DNA from: Eledone cirrhosa
Taxonomy: Eukaryota
DNA: 64,000 nt
NCBI GenBank assembly: GCA_964016885.1
Contig: OZ024741.1
Span: forward strand, 51,522,001 to 51,586,000
Direction: 5' to 3'
Part shown: piece by piece, positions 11,880-23,427 of the stretch
Position numbering within the stretch: the stretch's first letter is position 1
Layout of the letters: the number at the start of each line of letters is the position of its first letter
Notes under the pieces: model-generated
What the model was told of the DNA's origin: nothing
The model's database searches: none
Seen by the model: only the letters and a program-made list of their open reading frames with translations
Program-made: the position numbers and the translations under genes

Positions 11880-14800
11880 CTTGTTAAACATTCATAACCT
11901 TCCAGCTAGCTACCCCACACCCCTCCCTCCCGCCCCCACACGCCACCATACTTAATACGTGGACCAATCATAAGCCAGGCCCCCCCCCCCCGCATCACCA
12001 CCATTATTATAAGCCAGAGCCCCCCCCACCCCCACCCCCACGCATCACCATTATTATTATTATTACGCGGACCAAATCATAAGCCAGAGGCCTATACTAT
12101 CGCTTGCCCGGTTGCCTTCGATATATGATGGATGGATGGATGGACGGACGGACTGCGGAATCCTGGAGAGTGGAAGGGAGAGAAAAATCTGGACGCCCAG
12201 AGCGAAAATGCCAAAGTTAAAGTCAAATTCACCTCGTGGACGAGAATGCGAGCACTCCTCTTTGTTTCGTCCGCGGATGGCTAACATAACCCTATATCCT
12301 CCCGCCCCCCACCACCCCCACCCTCCAAACGCAACCCAAAACTTCAGAGTTGGTACCATAAATGTAGGCACCCTAAAGGGTCGCGCTAACGAGGTTGTAG
12401 AAATGCTTGAACGTAAGGAGGTCGATGTTTGTTGTATTCAAGAGACCAGGTGGAGGGGTGGGTCTGCTAGATTCATTGAGGGTAAAAAACGATGTTATAA
12501 GCTTTTCTGGGTGGGAAACGACGATGGGCTGGGTGGAGTAGGAATCATGGTAGCAGAAAAGTGGGCAGATAAGATAATAGACGTAAATAGAGTGAACGAC
12601 AGAATAATTAAAATAAGACTTGTCCTCAATAGAACTACGGTGACAGTAATATCTGCGTACGCACCCCAATCCGGACTGCCCGGCACTATAAAAGACAGAT
12701 TCTATGAGACACTGTTGCTAACTACCTCCCAAATATCTGACAGTGACTATATAATTATTGCAGGCGACCTAAATGGTCACGTTGGACAACATTGTGACGG
12801 CTACGACGAAATCCATGGAGGCTATGGGTTTGGTACTAGAAATGAGGAAGGCTCCAGAATCCTGGAATACTGTGATGCAAATAACCTAACTATCTGTAAC
12901 ACTAACTTCAAAAAACGTGACAATCACCTGATTACCTATAGATCCGGGGAACACACAAGCCAGGTAGATTATATCCTTACCAGAAGACGTGACAGAGTGT
13001 CTGTTGTAAACACTAAATCCCTCCCCCATGAAGAATGCACCTCCCAACATAGACTGATAATTAGCGACCTCATAGTCAGGACGAGACGTACCCGACAGCA
13101 GAAGAGGACTATCCTCAGGAGGAAAATATGGAAACTAAAGGACCCCACAGCCAGAAATAAATTTCAAAGCATATTACTTGATGCTTTCGACAGTAAGGAA
13201 GAGCATCTAGAATCGGACAATATAGAGGGACAGTGGAAATTTCTGAAAGCAAACCTGCTGTTGGCGACAGACGAGGTCTGTGGCTGGAGCAGGCCTGTAG
13301 GCAGGAGGAGAGTAACATGGTGGTGGAACAATAGGGTGGAGGGGTCAATTAAGGCCAAAAAGCAGGCTTGGAAAGTATGGCGGGATGGGGGAAGTAGAGT
13401 AGACTATCAAGTGGCCAGGAGGGAAGCTAGGAGAGAAGTGTACTTAGCAAGAAGGGAAGCTGAGGAAAGAAAGTTCAAGCATGTTCTACAACGCGATGAC
13501 CAAAAACGTGAGGTGTTCAGGATTGCCAGGCAATGCGTCAAGGAAAACCGTGATATTGTCGGGGAGAAGTGTGTACTTAACGATGATGGCATACTTGCCA
13601 TCACCGACACTGATAAGAAGGTAGCTTGGAAGTGTCACTATGAAAGGCTACTAAATGAGGAGAATAAATGGGAGAAAGACAGTCTCCCCCATATCGACCC
13701 GATAGAGGGACCAGCAGTGTTAGTCGAGGGGAGTATAATAAGTAAGGCAATCAAGGATATGAAGACTGGTAAGGCGGCTGGGCCTTCGGAAATAGTTGCT
13801 GAGATGCTGAAGGCATCTGGCACGGTGGGACACACCATGGTCACCCGCATAGTTAACCAAGTCGTACAGAATGGGGTTGTTCCGAAGGACTGGCATAGCA
13901 GCATCATCGTTAACTGTTATAAGGGTAAAGGAGACGCCCTAGATAGGAGTAATTATAGAGGCATTAAATTAATCGACCAGGTCATGAAGGTCACGGAAAA
14001 AGTAATAGCGCAACTAATCAGAGAGAGAATTGATCTAGATGAAATGCAGTTCGGGTTTGTGTCAGGCAAAAGCACCACAGACGCTCTTTTCATAGTACGA
14101 CAACTACAGGAGAAGTACCTAGCTAAAGGTAAACCCCTCTACTTAGCTTTTGTCGACCTGGAGAAAGCCTTCGACAGAGTCCCCCGCTCCATTATCTGGT
14201 GGGCTCTTAGAAAACTAGGCGTTGACGAATGGCTTGTGAGGGCTATACAAGCCATGTATAAAGAAACAGTCAGCAAGGTTAGAATTAACAACGAATATAG
14301 TGAAGAGTTTAGCGTAAAAGTTGGCGTCCATCAGGGCTCTGTTCTCAGCCCCCTACTATTTATTATTGCCCTTCAGGCTATAACAGAGGAGTTCAAGACA
14401 GGCTGCCCATGGGAACTCCTATACGCAGACGACCTGACACTCATAGCGGAATCAATGGCCGAGCTAGAGAAGAAATTCCAAACATGGAAGCACGGCCTAG
14501 AGTCAAAAGGACTTAAAATTAACCTGGCTAAGACCAAAGTTCTAGTTTGTAGGAAAGAAAACAAGGCGGCGGTCCCTTCTGGGAAATGGTCGTGCTCGGT
14601 ATGTAGGAAAGGCGTAGGTAGAAACTCCATCTTATGTCCTAAATGCAAAGTATGGGTGCATAAAAGATGTAGTGGGATCACAGGTAAGCTAACTAAGAAC
14701 ATAGACTTTACATGTGGCCAGTGTTCTGGTGCAATAAGTAGCAGCAAGTGCCCACAAAATACTAGCTCTTTCAATTGCGCAGAGGGTTCTATAGAAATAG

Positions 14801-15742
14801 TGGACAGCTTCCGTTACCTGGGCGATAAAATCAGCAGTGGGGGAGGGTGCTCTGAAAGTACTGTAGCTAGAGTCAGAACTGGTTGGAAAAAGTTCAGAGA
14901 GCTTATACCACTATTAGCTGCTAAAAGGTTCTCCCTAAAAATGAAAGGCAGGTTGTACGATGCCTGCATACGAACAGCAATGTTGCATGGTAGTGAGACC
15001 TGGGCATTGTGTGCAGAGGATATACGCAGACTAGAGAGGAACGAAGCTTGCATGCTCCGCTGGATGTGTAACAGTAATATACGTGAACGGCAAAGCATAA
15101 ACGAACTAAGGAAAAAATTAGAGATAAGAGGGATCAGATGTTGTTTACTCGAGAGAAGGCTGCGTTGGTATGGACACGTGATGCGCATGAAAGTCGATAG
15201 CTGTATTACAAAGTGCAGGGCAATAAAGATAGACGGTAGCCACGGAATAGGCAGACCTAGAAAAACATGGGATGAGCTGATAAACTCCGACCTCACACAC
15301 TTACACCTCTCCAAGACAATGTCACTGGACTGTGACCTTTGGCGGTACTCAGTAACAGAGAAGACCCGCCTTGCCAGTAGGCATCTCTAACAAACTACAC
15401 CCCGTCCCGCCACCACCACCACCCCATCCACACCACCCCGTTCCATGTAAAGTTATGTTGGTGCCGCGCCATCCAGGCCGAAACAAACGAGATCGTGTAG
15501 GTGTCACGACAAAAAAAACACACAGTCCACGCTGTAATGTGGCCGTGTAGGCAACACGGTAAAAACCTCCCAGACCCACACTGTAAATGTGGTTGGTGTT
15601 AGGAAGGGCATCCAACTGTAGAAAACCTGCCAGACAGTCCTATGCGAGCAAGACAATCACTCTTGCCTCAAGTGGGACTACCCCCGTCCAAACCCATGCA
15701 AGCGTGGAACACGGACGTTAAACGTTGATGATGATGATGATG
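11880..15742 (+). mobile_element. RTE-clade LINE, family B, full-length ORF (5' boundary approximate)
   Basis: Intact EN-RT ORF, 3' UTR sub-repeats, (GAT)n tail at 15726-15742. Confidence 0.9.
12112..15390 (+). CDS. RTE LINE polyprotein: APE endonuclease + reverse transcriptase + internal PHD finger
   Basis: 1092-codon open frame; the true start is probably a downstream ATG. Motifs: GTINVGTL, QETRW, GDLNGH, QFGF, FVDLEKAFD, GVHQGSVLSP, YADD, CxxC...CxxC...HxxC...CxxC, YLG, GRPRKTW. Confidence 0.95.
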   Translation: MPSIYDGWMDGRTDCGILESGRERKIWTPRAKMPKLKSNSPRGRECEHSSLFRPRMANITLYPPAPHHPHPPNATQNFRVGTINVGTLKGRANEVVEMLERKEVDVCCIQETRWRGGSARFIEGKKRCYKLFWVGNDDGLGGVGIMVAEKWADKIIDVNRVNDRIIKIRLVLNRTTVTVISAYAPQSGLPGTIKDRFYETLLLTTSQISDSDYIIIAGDLNGHVGQHCDGYDEIHGGYGFGTRNEEGSRILEYCDANNLTICNTNFKKRDNHLITYRSGEHTSQVDYILTRRRDRVSVVNTKSLPHEECTSQHRLIISDLIVRTRRTRQQKRTILRRKIWKLKDPTARNKFQSILLDAFDSKEEHLESDNIEGQWKFLKANLLLATDEVCGWSRPVGRRRVTWWWNNRVEGSIKAKKQAWKVWRDGGSRVDYQVARREARREVYLARREAEERKFKHVLQRDDQKREVFRIARQCVKENRDIVGEKCVLNDDGILAITDTDKKVAWKCHYERLLNEENKWEKDSLPHIDPIEGPAVLVEGSIISKAIKDMKTGKAAGPSEIVAEMLKASGTVGHTMVTRIVNQVVQNGVVPKDWHSSIIVNCYKGKGDALDRSNYRGIKLIDQVMKVTEKVIAQLIRERIDLDEMQFGFVSGKSTTDALFIVRQLQEKYLAKGKPLYLAFVDLEKAFDRVPRSIIWWALRKLGVDEWLVRAIQAMYKETVSKVRINNEYSEEFSVKVGVHQGSVLSPLLFIIALQAITEEFKTGCPWELLYADDLTLIAESMAELEKKFQTWKHGLESKGLKINLAKTKVLVCRKENKAAVPSGKWSCSVCRKGVGRNSILCPKCKVWVHKRCSGITGKLTKNIDFTCGQCSGAISSSKCPQNTSSFNCAEGSIEIVDSFRYLGDKISSGGGCSESTVARVRTGWKKFRELIPLLAAKRFSLKMKGRLYDACIRTAMLHGSETWALCAEDIRRLERNEACMLRWMCNSNIRERQSINELRKKLEIRGIRCCLLERRLRWYGHVMRMKVDSCITKCRAIKIDGSHGIGRPRKTWDELINSDLTHLHLSKTMSLDCDLWRYSVTEKTRLASRHL

Positions 15743-16094
15743 ATATATATATGTTAATCAGCCTGTACATTTAGCCATCTGACATTTACCTCATCTATCC
15801 AATTATGGACCCTTAACTGTTGATAGTTGTAGGGTCACTGTCGTAGGCGTTTAAATCTAGCAAAGGACATCACCCTCAAAATCTGAACACAGCCTATTCT
15901 TTCCAGAGAAGGAATATGACAGAAAGAGATAAAGAGGAAGAATCAACTCGTTTTAAACTTTATCGATCTTGAAAGGATAAAGCCTTTAATCTGATGTTCT
16001 AATAAACCAGCCAATTTACTGTATATATACCCTGTCTACACTTGACTATATATATTTATCATCAAATACCTACCTTGTAACTATATATATATTA

Positions 16095-16262
16095 TCAGTT
16101 ACAATGGTGACATATATGATGGGTACTTAAGTTTCGTTGTACTGCTATACTGACTCATTCAGCCTGCCATGTCGTACTCTGTCACAATTTGGTAGGCTGA
16201 ATGAGCTGGGGTAGCAACCCAATGAAACTTAAGTACCTGCGTATGTAACTGTTGTAACTGAT
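16095..16262. mobile_element. Penelope-like inverted pLTR pair carrying two hammerhead-like motifs (CUGAAUGA variant)
   Basis: + strand 16192-16240 reads GTAGG CTGAATGA...GAAAC TTAA GTA CCTGC. An inverted homologue lies at 16118-16168. Confidence 0.6.
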
Positions 16263-16313
16263 TATACAGAACTCATCTTACAGACTGAGTGCTCTTACTC
16301 TTGGATATTTAAA

Positions 16314-16361
<48 letters not shown>

Positions 16362-16365
<4 letters not shown>

Positions 16366-17703
16366 CCGGCTGCCCATGGGAACTTCTATACGCAGATGAT
16401 CTAACGCTCATAGCTGAATCAATGGCTGAACTAGAGAAGAAATTCCAAACTTGGAAGCATGGCCTTAAAATTAACTTGTCTAAGACTAAAGTTCTAGTAT
16501 GTAGGAAGGAAAATAGGGCACTGCTCCCCTCTAGGAAATGGCCATGCTCAGTGTGTAGGAAAGGAGTAGGCAGAAACTCCATTTTATGTCCCAAATGCAA
16601 AGTATGGGTGCATAAAAGATGTAGTGGGATCACAGGTAAGCTAACTAAGAACATAGATTTTATATGTGGCCGGTGCTCAGGTGCAATAAGTAGCAGCAAG
16701 TGTCCACAGAATACTAGCTCATTCCATTGCACAGATGGTTCTATAGAAATAGTGGACACCTTCCATTACCTGGGTGACAAAATCAGCAGTGGTGGTGGGT
16801 GCTCTGAAAGTACAGTAGCTAGAGTCAGAACGGGATGGAAAAAGTTCAGAGAGCTTATACCACTATTGGCCGCTAAACGTTTCTCCCTAAAAATGAAAAG
16901 CAGACTGTATGATGCCTGCATACGAACAGCAATGTTACATGGCAGTGAGACCTGGGCATTGTGTGCAGAGGATCTGCGCAAACTGGAGAGGAACGAAGCT
17001 TACATGCTCCATTGGTTGTGTAATAGTAATATATGTGAACGGCAAAGCATAAACGAACTAAGAGAGAAATTAGGAATAAGAGGGATCAGATGTTGTTTAC
17101 TCGAGAGAAGACTACGTTGGTACGGTCACGTGATGCGCATGAAAGACGACAGCTGTATAAAAAAGTGCAGGGCGATAAAAATAGACGGTAGCCACGGAGT
17201 AGGCAGAACCAGAAAAACCTGGGATGATTTGATAAATTCTGACCTCACGCACTTACACCTCTCCAAGACAATATCACTGGACTGAGATCTTTGGCGCTAC
17301 GCAGTAATACAGAAGACCTGCCTTGCCTAAGTACAAAGCGAAACCTACAGTCAGAAGGCACCTCTTAACCAAAAATACACTCTCATCCCACTACCCCTAC
17401 CCCCACTCCTATCTACACCTAAAGTTATGTTGGTACCACAACATCCAGTCCTAAATAAATGAGGTCGTCTAGGTGTCACGCAAAAAAACACACAGTCCAC
17501 GCTGTAATGTGGTCGTGTAGGTAACACAGTAAAAACCTCCCACTCCACACTGTAAACGTGGTTGGTGTTAGGGAGGGCATCCAGCTGTAGAAAACCCGCC
17601 AGACAGTCCTGAGCAAGACAATCAATCTAACCTCAAGTGGGACAATTCCCGTCCAGACCCATGCTAACGTGGAAGATAGACGTTAAACGATGATGATTAT
17701 GAT
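16362..17703 (+). mobile_element. 5'-truncated RTE LINE, family B
   Basis: Begins at TGCPWELLYADD. ORF 16422-17285, followed by 3' UTR and (GAT)n tail. Confidence 0.9.
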
Positions 17704-18224
17704 ATAGATATAGATATATATATATTTATATATATATATATGTATGTATGTATGTATTACTCCACTGGACAACACTTTGGCTTATGTCAGATGCTGGGAC
17801 CCCGGGTGGACCAGCAGTATTGTTGGTAGGGGTCGAAACTGCCAAAGTTCATCTCAATAGCCGATGACCCTGGAGTTTGGCGGTTTTTAAGGTTTCTCCT
17901 TTAAAAAATTGTTTTTTTGTTTCATTGTTTTGTCTTAAGTTTATTATATATATATATTTATTCAACATCAAATCTACCCTGAACTGATTTACATATCTTT
18001 TTGTTTTGTTTTTAAACAAAGGAATTTGTGAAATATTCTGGAGTTTCCTGGAACAAATATTTCAAGAAACAACATGGACCTATCACTCAGGTTTGTACAC
18101 CTCATTTCCACATACACATTACATACAGATTTATTGCACCTTAACTGTGTCATATTAAATACAAACATTTCATAGTTAATCCAACTTATCTCAGTCACAT
18201 TAAACACAATAAATACGTATCAGT

Positions 18225-18535
18225 TAACCCACTTTATCCCTGTCAACAATAAACATTGATATTTACTAGTTAGCCTACATTATCCCTGTCAACACTAAAG
18301 ATTGACATTTGTGGGTTAGCCCACCTAATCCCAGTCAACATCGACATTTACTAGTTAGCCTACCTTATACCAGTCAATACCGACATTTACTAGTTAGCCT
18401 ACCTTATCCCAGTGAACATTGACATTTACTAATTAGCCCACCTTATCCCAGTCAACACTAATATTTACTAGTTAGCCCACCCAATCTCGGCTAACACTGA
18501 TATTTACTGGTTAGCCCACATTATCCCAGTCAATG
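18225..18535. repeat. Minisatellite of about 39-bp units (ACATTTACTAGTTAGCCCACCTTATCCCAGTCAAC)
   Basis: About 8 degenerate tandem copies. Confidence 0.8.
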
Positions 18536-18635
18536 TTAAACACAGACATAGCTAGTTGACATTGTCTCCAACACATTTTGACAGTTTTATATCATTAAAA
18601 AGAAATCATTCTTGTTTTTTTCCTCTTAATTTCAG

Positions 18636-18835
18636 TTCCTCCATTCCCATTCCGATAAGTTTGATTTCAATGCCGATAATACTAGTGTCTCTCTGATGTC
18701 CACTCCACACATGACCGAGACCTCCCACTTTGATAGTGTAGAAATCAGTGGCCATACTGTCAGTTTCTCTCCACCGATGAAGTCACACTCAGCTGAGGAG
18801 ACTCCAACTAACACTGAGCCCTGTTCCTGCCTTGA
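18636..18835 (+). CDS. USP40: USP40 exon (FLHSHSDKFDFNADNTSVSL...)
   Basis: Polypyrimidine tract then ttcag, donor gtaagt, open frame. Resembles human USP40 FLQLHSQIFLLSSDESTVRL (recalled). Phase 2 matches the next exon. Confidence 0.8.
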
Positions 18836-19291
18836 GTAAGTGACTGTCATTTACCACTTTGTGAGTGTTTCTGGTGGTGTGTGTCTGATGGTGTGTGTGT
18901 GTGAAAGTCTGTGTAGTAGTATGTATGGTCATGTAATTGTGTGGTTGTGTGTAATTGGGTGATAGTGTGTGGTTGTATGATAGTGTATGTGTCATAGTGT
19001 GTGATGGTGTGAATGACTGTGTAGTTGTGTGGTAGTGTGTGGGATTATGTGGTAGTATATATGATTGTGTGATAGTGTGTGTTTAACCCACCTTTCCCTA
19101 GTTGGCTCTCATCCAGCTGACAAACTCAAAGCTGTTCCAGATAGTGACCATCCTCTTTATTTTTCTACAGCTACAACTTCATTATCCAATGTATCATTCC
19201 TATTTTAAGATAGTAAGGTGTGATTTAAGAGAGAATTTATATATAAGTCAACGGGTTAGAATTTACTTCATTTATTCATTATATAATTACT

Positions 19292-22200
19292 CATCATCAT
19301 CATCATCATCACCGTTTTACGTCCGTTCTTCCACGCTAGCATGGGTTAGACGGGTTGTCCTGTTGTGGGCAGTGTCTGGTCGGCTGACCATGCCTTGTTC
19401 ATACAGGAACTGATTTGGCTTGATTTCTACAGCTGGATGCCCTTCCTAACACCAACCTCATTTACAGTGAGTGCTGGGTGCTTTTTCGTGGCGTCTACAC
19501 GTCCACTTTACAGTGTGGGCTGGGTGCTTTTTTGCCGTGGCACCTCCACGACCACCTTGCGGTGGGGGGTGTGGGGGCATATTGTTTATATGCTTCAGCT
19601 TGTACCCATGGGAGGTCGGGTACTCTGTATTACTGCGTGACGCCAGAAGTCACGGTCGTGTGTCATTGCCTTTGAGAGGTGTAATTGGGTAAGGTCGGCT
19701 TTTATCACCTCATCCCAGGTCATCTTGGGTCTCCTCACTTCGCGGTTTCCATCAACTTCTAGTGCTCTGCACCTTTTTATGCAGCTGTCATCCTTCATAC
19801 GCATCACATGTCCATACCAGCGCAACCGCCTCTCCTGCACACAGCATTTGATTCCTCTTATGCTCAGTCTCTCTCTCAATTCATTTATGCTTTGTCGTTC
19901 ACGTATATTACTGTTACACATCCATCGGAGCATGCATGCTTCATTTCTCTCTAATCTACGTAAGTCTTCCACCTTCAGCGCCCAGGTCTCGCTACCATGC
20001 AACATTGCTGTTCGGATATACGCATCATACAGTCTGCCTTTCATTCTGAAGGAGAAGCCTTTTGCAGCTAGCAGTGGTAGTAGTTCCCTAAACTTCTTCC
20101 ATCCCGTTCTTACCCTAGTTATTGTACTTTCTGAACACCCACCTCCGCTGCTAATTCGGTCACCTAGGTAGCAGAAGCTGTCTACTGTTTCTACAGAGCC
20201 CTCCCAGAGATTGGTGGTACTTGTTTCTTGTGGCTGTTTGCTGCTTGCTGTCTCAGCACAGCTGCTGCATGTGAAGCCTACATTCTTAATTAAGCTTCCT
20301 GAGATCCTGCTACATCTCTTGTGTACCCATTGTTTGCATTTGGGGCAGAGAATGGAGTTCCTACCTACACCTTTCCTACATACTGAGCAAGGCCATTTCC
20401 CTGAGGGGATCTGAGTTCTGTTTTCTCGTCTACTTACAAGGACCTTAGTCTTTGTCATGTTGACTTTGAGACCCTTTCTTTCTAGTCCCTGCTTCCAAGT
20501 TTGGAATTTCTTCTCTAGTTCTACCATAGATTCAGCTATGAGTGCGAGGTCATCAGCATACAGGAGTTCCCATAGGCATCCGGTCTTAAACTCCTCCGTT
20601 ATTACCTGCAGGACTATGATGAACAGGAGGGGGCTAAGAACAGAGCCCTGGTGGACCCCAACCTGTACGCTAAATTCCTCGCTATACTCATTGCTAATCC
20701 TAACTTTGCTGACTGCTCCCCTATACATGGCTTGTACCGCTTTCACAAGCCATTCATCTACTCCTAGTTTTCTAAGAGCCCACCAGATTACAGCACGTGG
20801 AACTCTGTCAAAGGCTTTCTCAAGGTCGACAAATGCCAAGTAGAGTGGCTTACTTTTAGCTAGGTACTTTTCCTGTAATTGCCTCACAAGGAAGAGAGCA
20901 TCAGTGGTGCCTCTTCCTGGTACAAACCCAAATTGCATCTCGTCTATTTTCACCCGGTCCCTAATCAACTGTGCTATAACTCTTTCTGTTACTTTCATGA
21001 CCTGGTCCATCAACTTTATACGTCTATAGTTTCCTCTATCTAGTACATCGCCTTTACCTTTGTAGCAGTTGACAATGATGCTACTGCACCAATCTTTTGG
21101 TATGGCACCTTCTAGTATTACCTGGTTAACAATACGTGTGGTTATAGTGTGACCTACAGACCCAGATGCCTTCAGCATCTCGGCAGCTATACCCGATGGA
21201 CCGGTTGCCTTCCCCATCTTCATATCTTTGATTGCCTTACTTACTACGTTGCTGCTGACTTGTACTGCTGATCCCTCTATAGGGTCTACTTGGGGTAGGG
21301 TCTCTTCTTCCCATGCATTCTCCTCATTTAGTAATCTATCATAATGACTCTTCCATGCATCTTTCTTCTCAGCACTTGTGAGGGCAAGCTCACCTTTATC
21401 ATTCCGGATACACTTCTCTCCAATGACATCACAACTATCTCTGACACACTGCCTCGCAATCTTGAATACCTCCTGTTTCTGGTCCTCACGTTGCAAAACA
21501 TGCTTGAATTTTCTATCCTCTGCTTCCCTCCTAGCTAAGTATACTTGTCGCCTAGCTTCCCTCTTGGTCTCTATGTAATGTACCCTGCTTCCCCCGTTCT
21601 TCCATTCTTTCCATGCCTGTCTCTTGGCCTTAACTGCTTCATCTACCTTATTGTTCCACCACCAAGTCACTCTCCTCCTGCTTGAGGTCTTACTCCAGCC
21701 ACAGACCTCATACGTTGCCTCTAGTAAATTATTTTTTAGGAACTCCCAGTTCTCTTCTACATTAAATGTCTCTATCTGTTGTTCTTTACTGTCGTAGGCG
21801 TTGAGTAAAATATCTTTAAATCTGTTCCTGGTTGAGGGGACTTTCAGCTTCCAGATCTTTCTTCTCCAGGTTGGCCTCTGTTTTCGGGTTCGTCTAGTTC
21901 TGACCGTAAGGTCGCTGACAACTAAGCTATGTTGGGATGTATATTCCTCACTAGGGAAGGCTTTTGTGTTTACGACCGTCCATCTGTCACGTCCTCTGAT
22001 GAGGATAAAATCTAACTGACTAGAGTGCTCCCCTGATCTATAGGTGATCAGGTGGTTGCTGGGTTTTTTAAAGTTTGTGTTACATATCGACATGTCATTG
22101 GCGTCGCAGAATTCTAGAAGTCTGAATCCTTCCTCATTCCTTGTGCCAACCCCATGGCCTCCATGTACTCTATTGAAGCCGTCGCAGTGTTTACCTACGT

Positions 22201-23421
22201 GTCCGTTAAAATCTCCTGCGATGATTAGGAAGTCATTGTCATCTGTTAGAGCAGTAGTGTGCATTAGGGACTCGTAAAACCTATCCTTAAGTTCGTCTGG
22301 CAGCCCCGATTGGGGTGCGTAAGCTGATATTATTGTGGTAATTGTTTTATTCAGGACTAGTCTGAGTTTAATGATTCTTGCATTTACCCTGTACACTGAG
22401 ATTACTTTATCTACCCACTTGTCAGCTAGTAGTATACCTACACCACCCATCCCATCGTCATTTCCCACCCAGAAAAATTTGTAGCACCGACTTTTTCCTC
22501 CGAGGACTCTGGCAGACTCTCCTCTCCATCTACTCTCTTGCACACAGCATACATCAATTTCCTTTCGCTCTAGCATTTCTACGATTTCTCCTGCTCTTCC
22601 TTTCATTGAGCCTACATTGATGGTACCAACTCGGAGTTTTGGGTATTTGTCGACACTCGTAGGGAAGGGTCTCTGGGTTGGCGCTTCACGTGGGTGCTTG
22701 GTAGCTCGCAGATTCATATTTCATCTATTGATTCAGAGTTGCTCAAATTTATTCTCAGCTCATCCATCCATAACGGTGGGAAAATTGAGGGCTAGAAGAA
22801 CAGTGGTGGTGGGATAATGGCAGGGTGTGTTGGGCTACTACAGGGGAGGATAGAGTTAGTTAGGTAGTAGTAGTAGTAGCAGCAGCAGCAGCAGCCGTAG
22901 AAATGGCATGCTGAGGTGTGAGGGGGTGGGCGGGAGGGAAATTGTGAGGTAGGCACTGAAGGTCGCCTTCAAGACCGCATGGTAAATCCGAAATAATACA
23001 GCAGAATAATAACGTCATAAGAGCTAAGATACCTTCTAAAATTTGTATGAGTGGGTGGCTGGAACGAAACCGAATCAACTCTAGTGACACATTTTAGCAG
23101 ATAAGGAGAAAGTGTCTTATCTCTTCAATAGCTTCAAGACGAGTGATAAGGTAGCCATCGTAGAGAGAGATATAGAGAGGGGGGGGGGGGGGGGGCACTG
23201 AGGGTTGCCTTCAAGACCGCATGGTAAATCCGAAATAATACAGCAGAAAACAGCAGTAATATTAATAATAATAGAAAAACAGGGTAAATCCGAAATAATA
23301 CAGCAGAAAACAGCAGTAATATTAATAATAATAACATCATAAGAGCTAAGATACCTTCTAAAATTTGTATGGATGGGTGGCTGGAACGAAACCGAATCAA
23401 CTCTAGTGACACATTTAGCAG
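19292..23421 (-). mobile_element. RTE-clade LINE, family A, full length with TSD
   Basis: 9-bp TSD ATAATTACT at 19283-19291 and 23422-23430, (GAT)n tail, intact ORF, repeated 5' UTR monomers. Confidence 0.95.
19595..22717 (-). CDS. RTE LINE polyprotein (1040 aa): APE endonuclease + RT + internal PHD finger
   Basis: Uninterrupted ORF with QESRW, GDFNGH, FVDLEKAFD, GVHQGSVLSP, YADD, C4HC3 finger and YLG. Confidence 0.95.
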   Translation of the reverse strand: MNLRATKHPREAPTQRPFPTSVDKYPKLRVGTINVGSMKGRAGEIVEMLERKEIDVCCVQESRWRGESARVLGGKSRCYKFFWVGNDDGMGGVGILLADKWVDKVISVYRVNARIIKLRLVLNKTITTIISAYAPQSGLPDELKDRFYESLMHTTALTDDNDFLIIAGDFNGHVGKHCDGFNRVHGGHGVGTRNEEGFRLLEFCDANDMSICNTNFKKPSNHLITYRSGEHSSQLDFILIRGRDRWTVVNTKAFPSEEYTSQHSLVVSDLTVRTRRTRKQRPTWRRKIWKLKVPSTRNRFKDILLNAYDSKEQQIETFNVEENWEFLKNNLLEATYEVCGWSKTSSRRRVTWWWNNKVDEAVKAKRQAWKEWKNGGSRVHYIETKREARRQVYLARREAEDRKFKHVLQREDQKQEVFKIARQCVRDSCDVIGEKCIRNDKGELALTSAEKKDAWKSHYDRLLNEENAWEEETLPQVDPIEGSAVQVSSNVVSKAIKDMKMGKATGPSGIAAEMLKASGSVGHTITTRIVNQVILEGAIPKDWCSSIIVNCYKGKGDVLDRGNYRRIKLMDQVMKVTERVIAQLIRDRVKIDEMQFGFVPGRGTTDALFLVRQLQEKYLAKSKPLYLAFVDLEKAFDRVPRAVIWWALRKLGVDEWLVKAVQAMYRGAVSKVRISNEYSEEFSVQVGVHQGSVLSPLLFIIVLQVITEEFKTGCLWELLYADDLALIAESMVELEKKFQTWKQGLERKGLKVNMTKTKVLVSRRENRTQIPSGKWPCSVCRKGVGRNSILCPKCKQWVHKRCSRISGSLIKNVGFTCSSCAETASSKQPQETSTTNLWEGSVETVDSFCYLGDRISSGGGCSESTITRVRTGWKKFRELLPLLAAKGFSFRMKGRLYDAYIRTAMLHGSETWALKVEDLRRLERNEACMLRWMCNSNIRERQSINELRERLSIRGIKCCVQERRLRWYGHVMRMKDDSCIKRCRALEVDGNREVRRPKMTWDEVIKADLTQLHLSKAMTHDRDFWRHAVIQSTRPPMGTS

Positions 23422-23427
23422 ATAATT

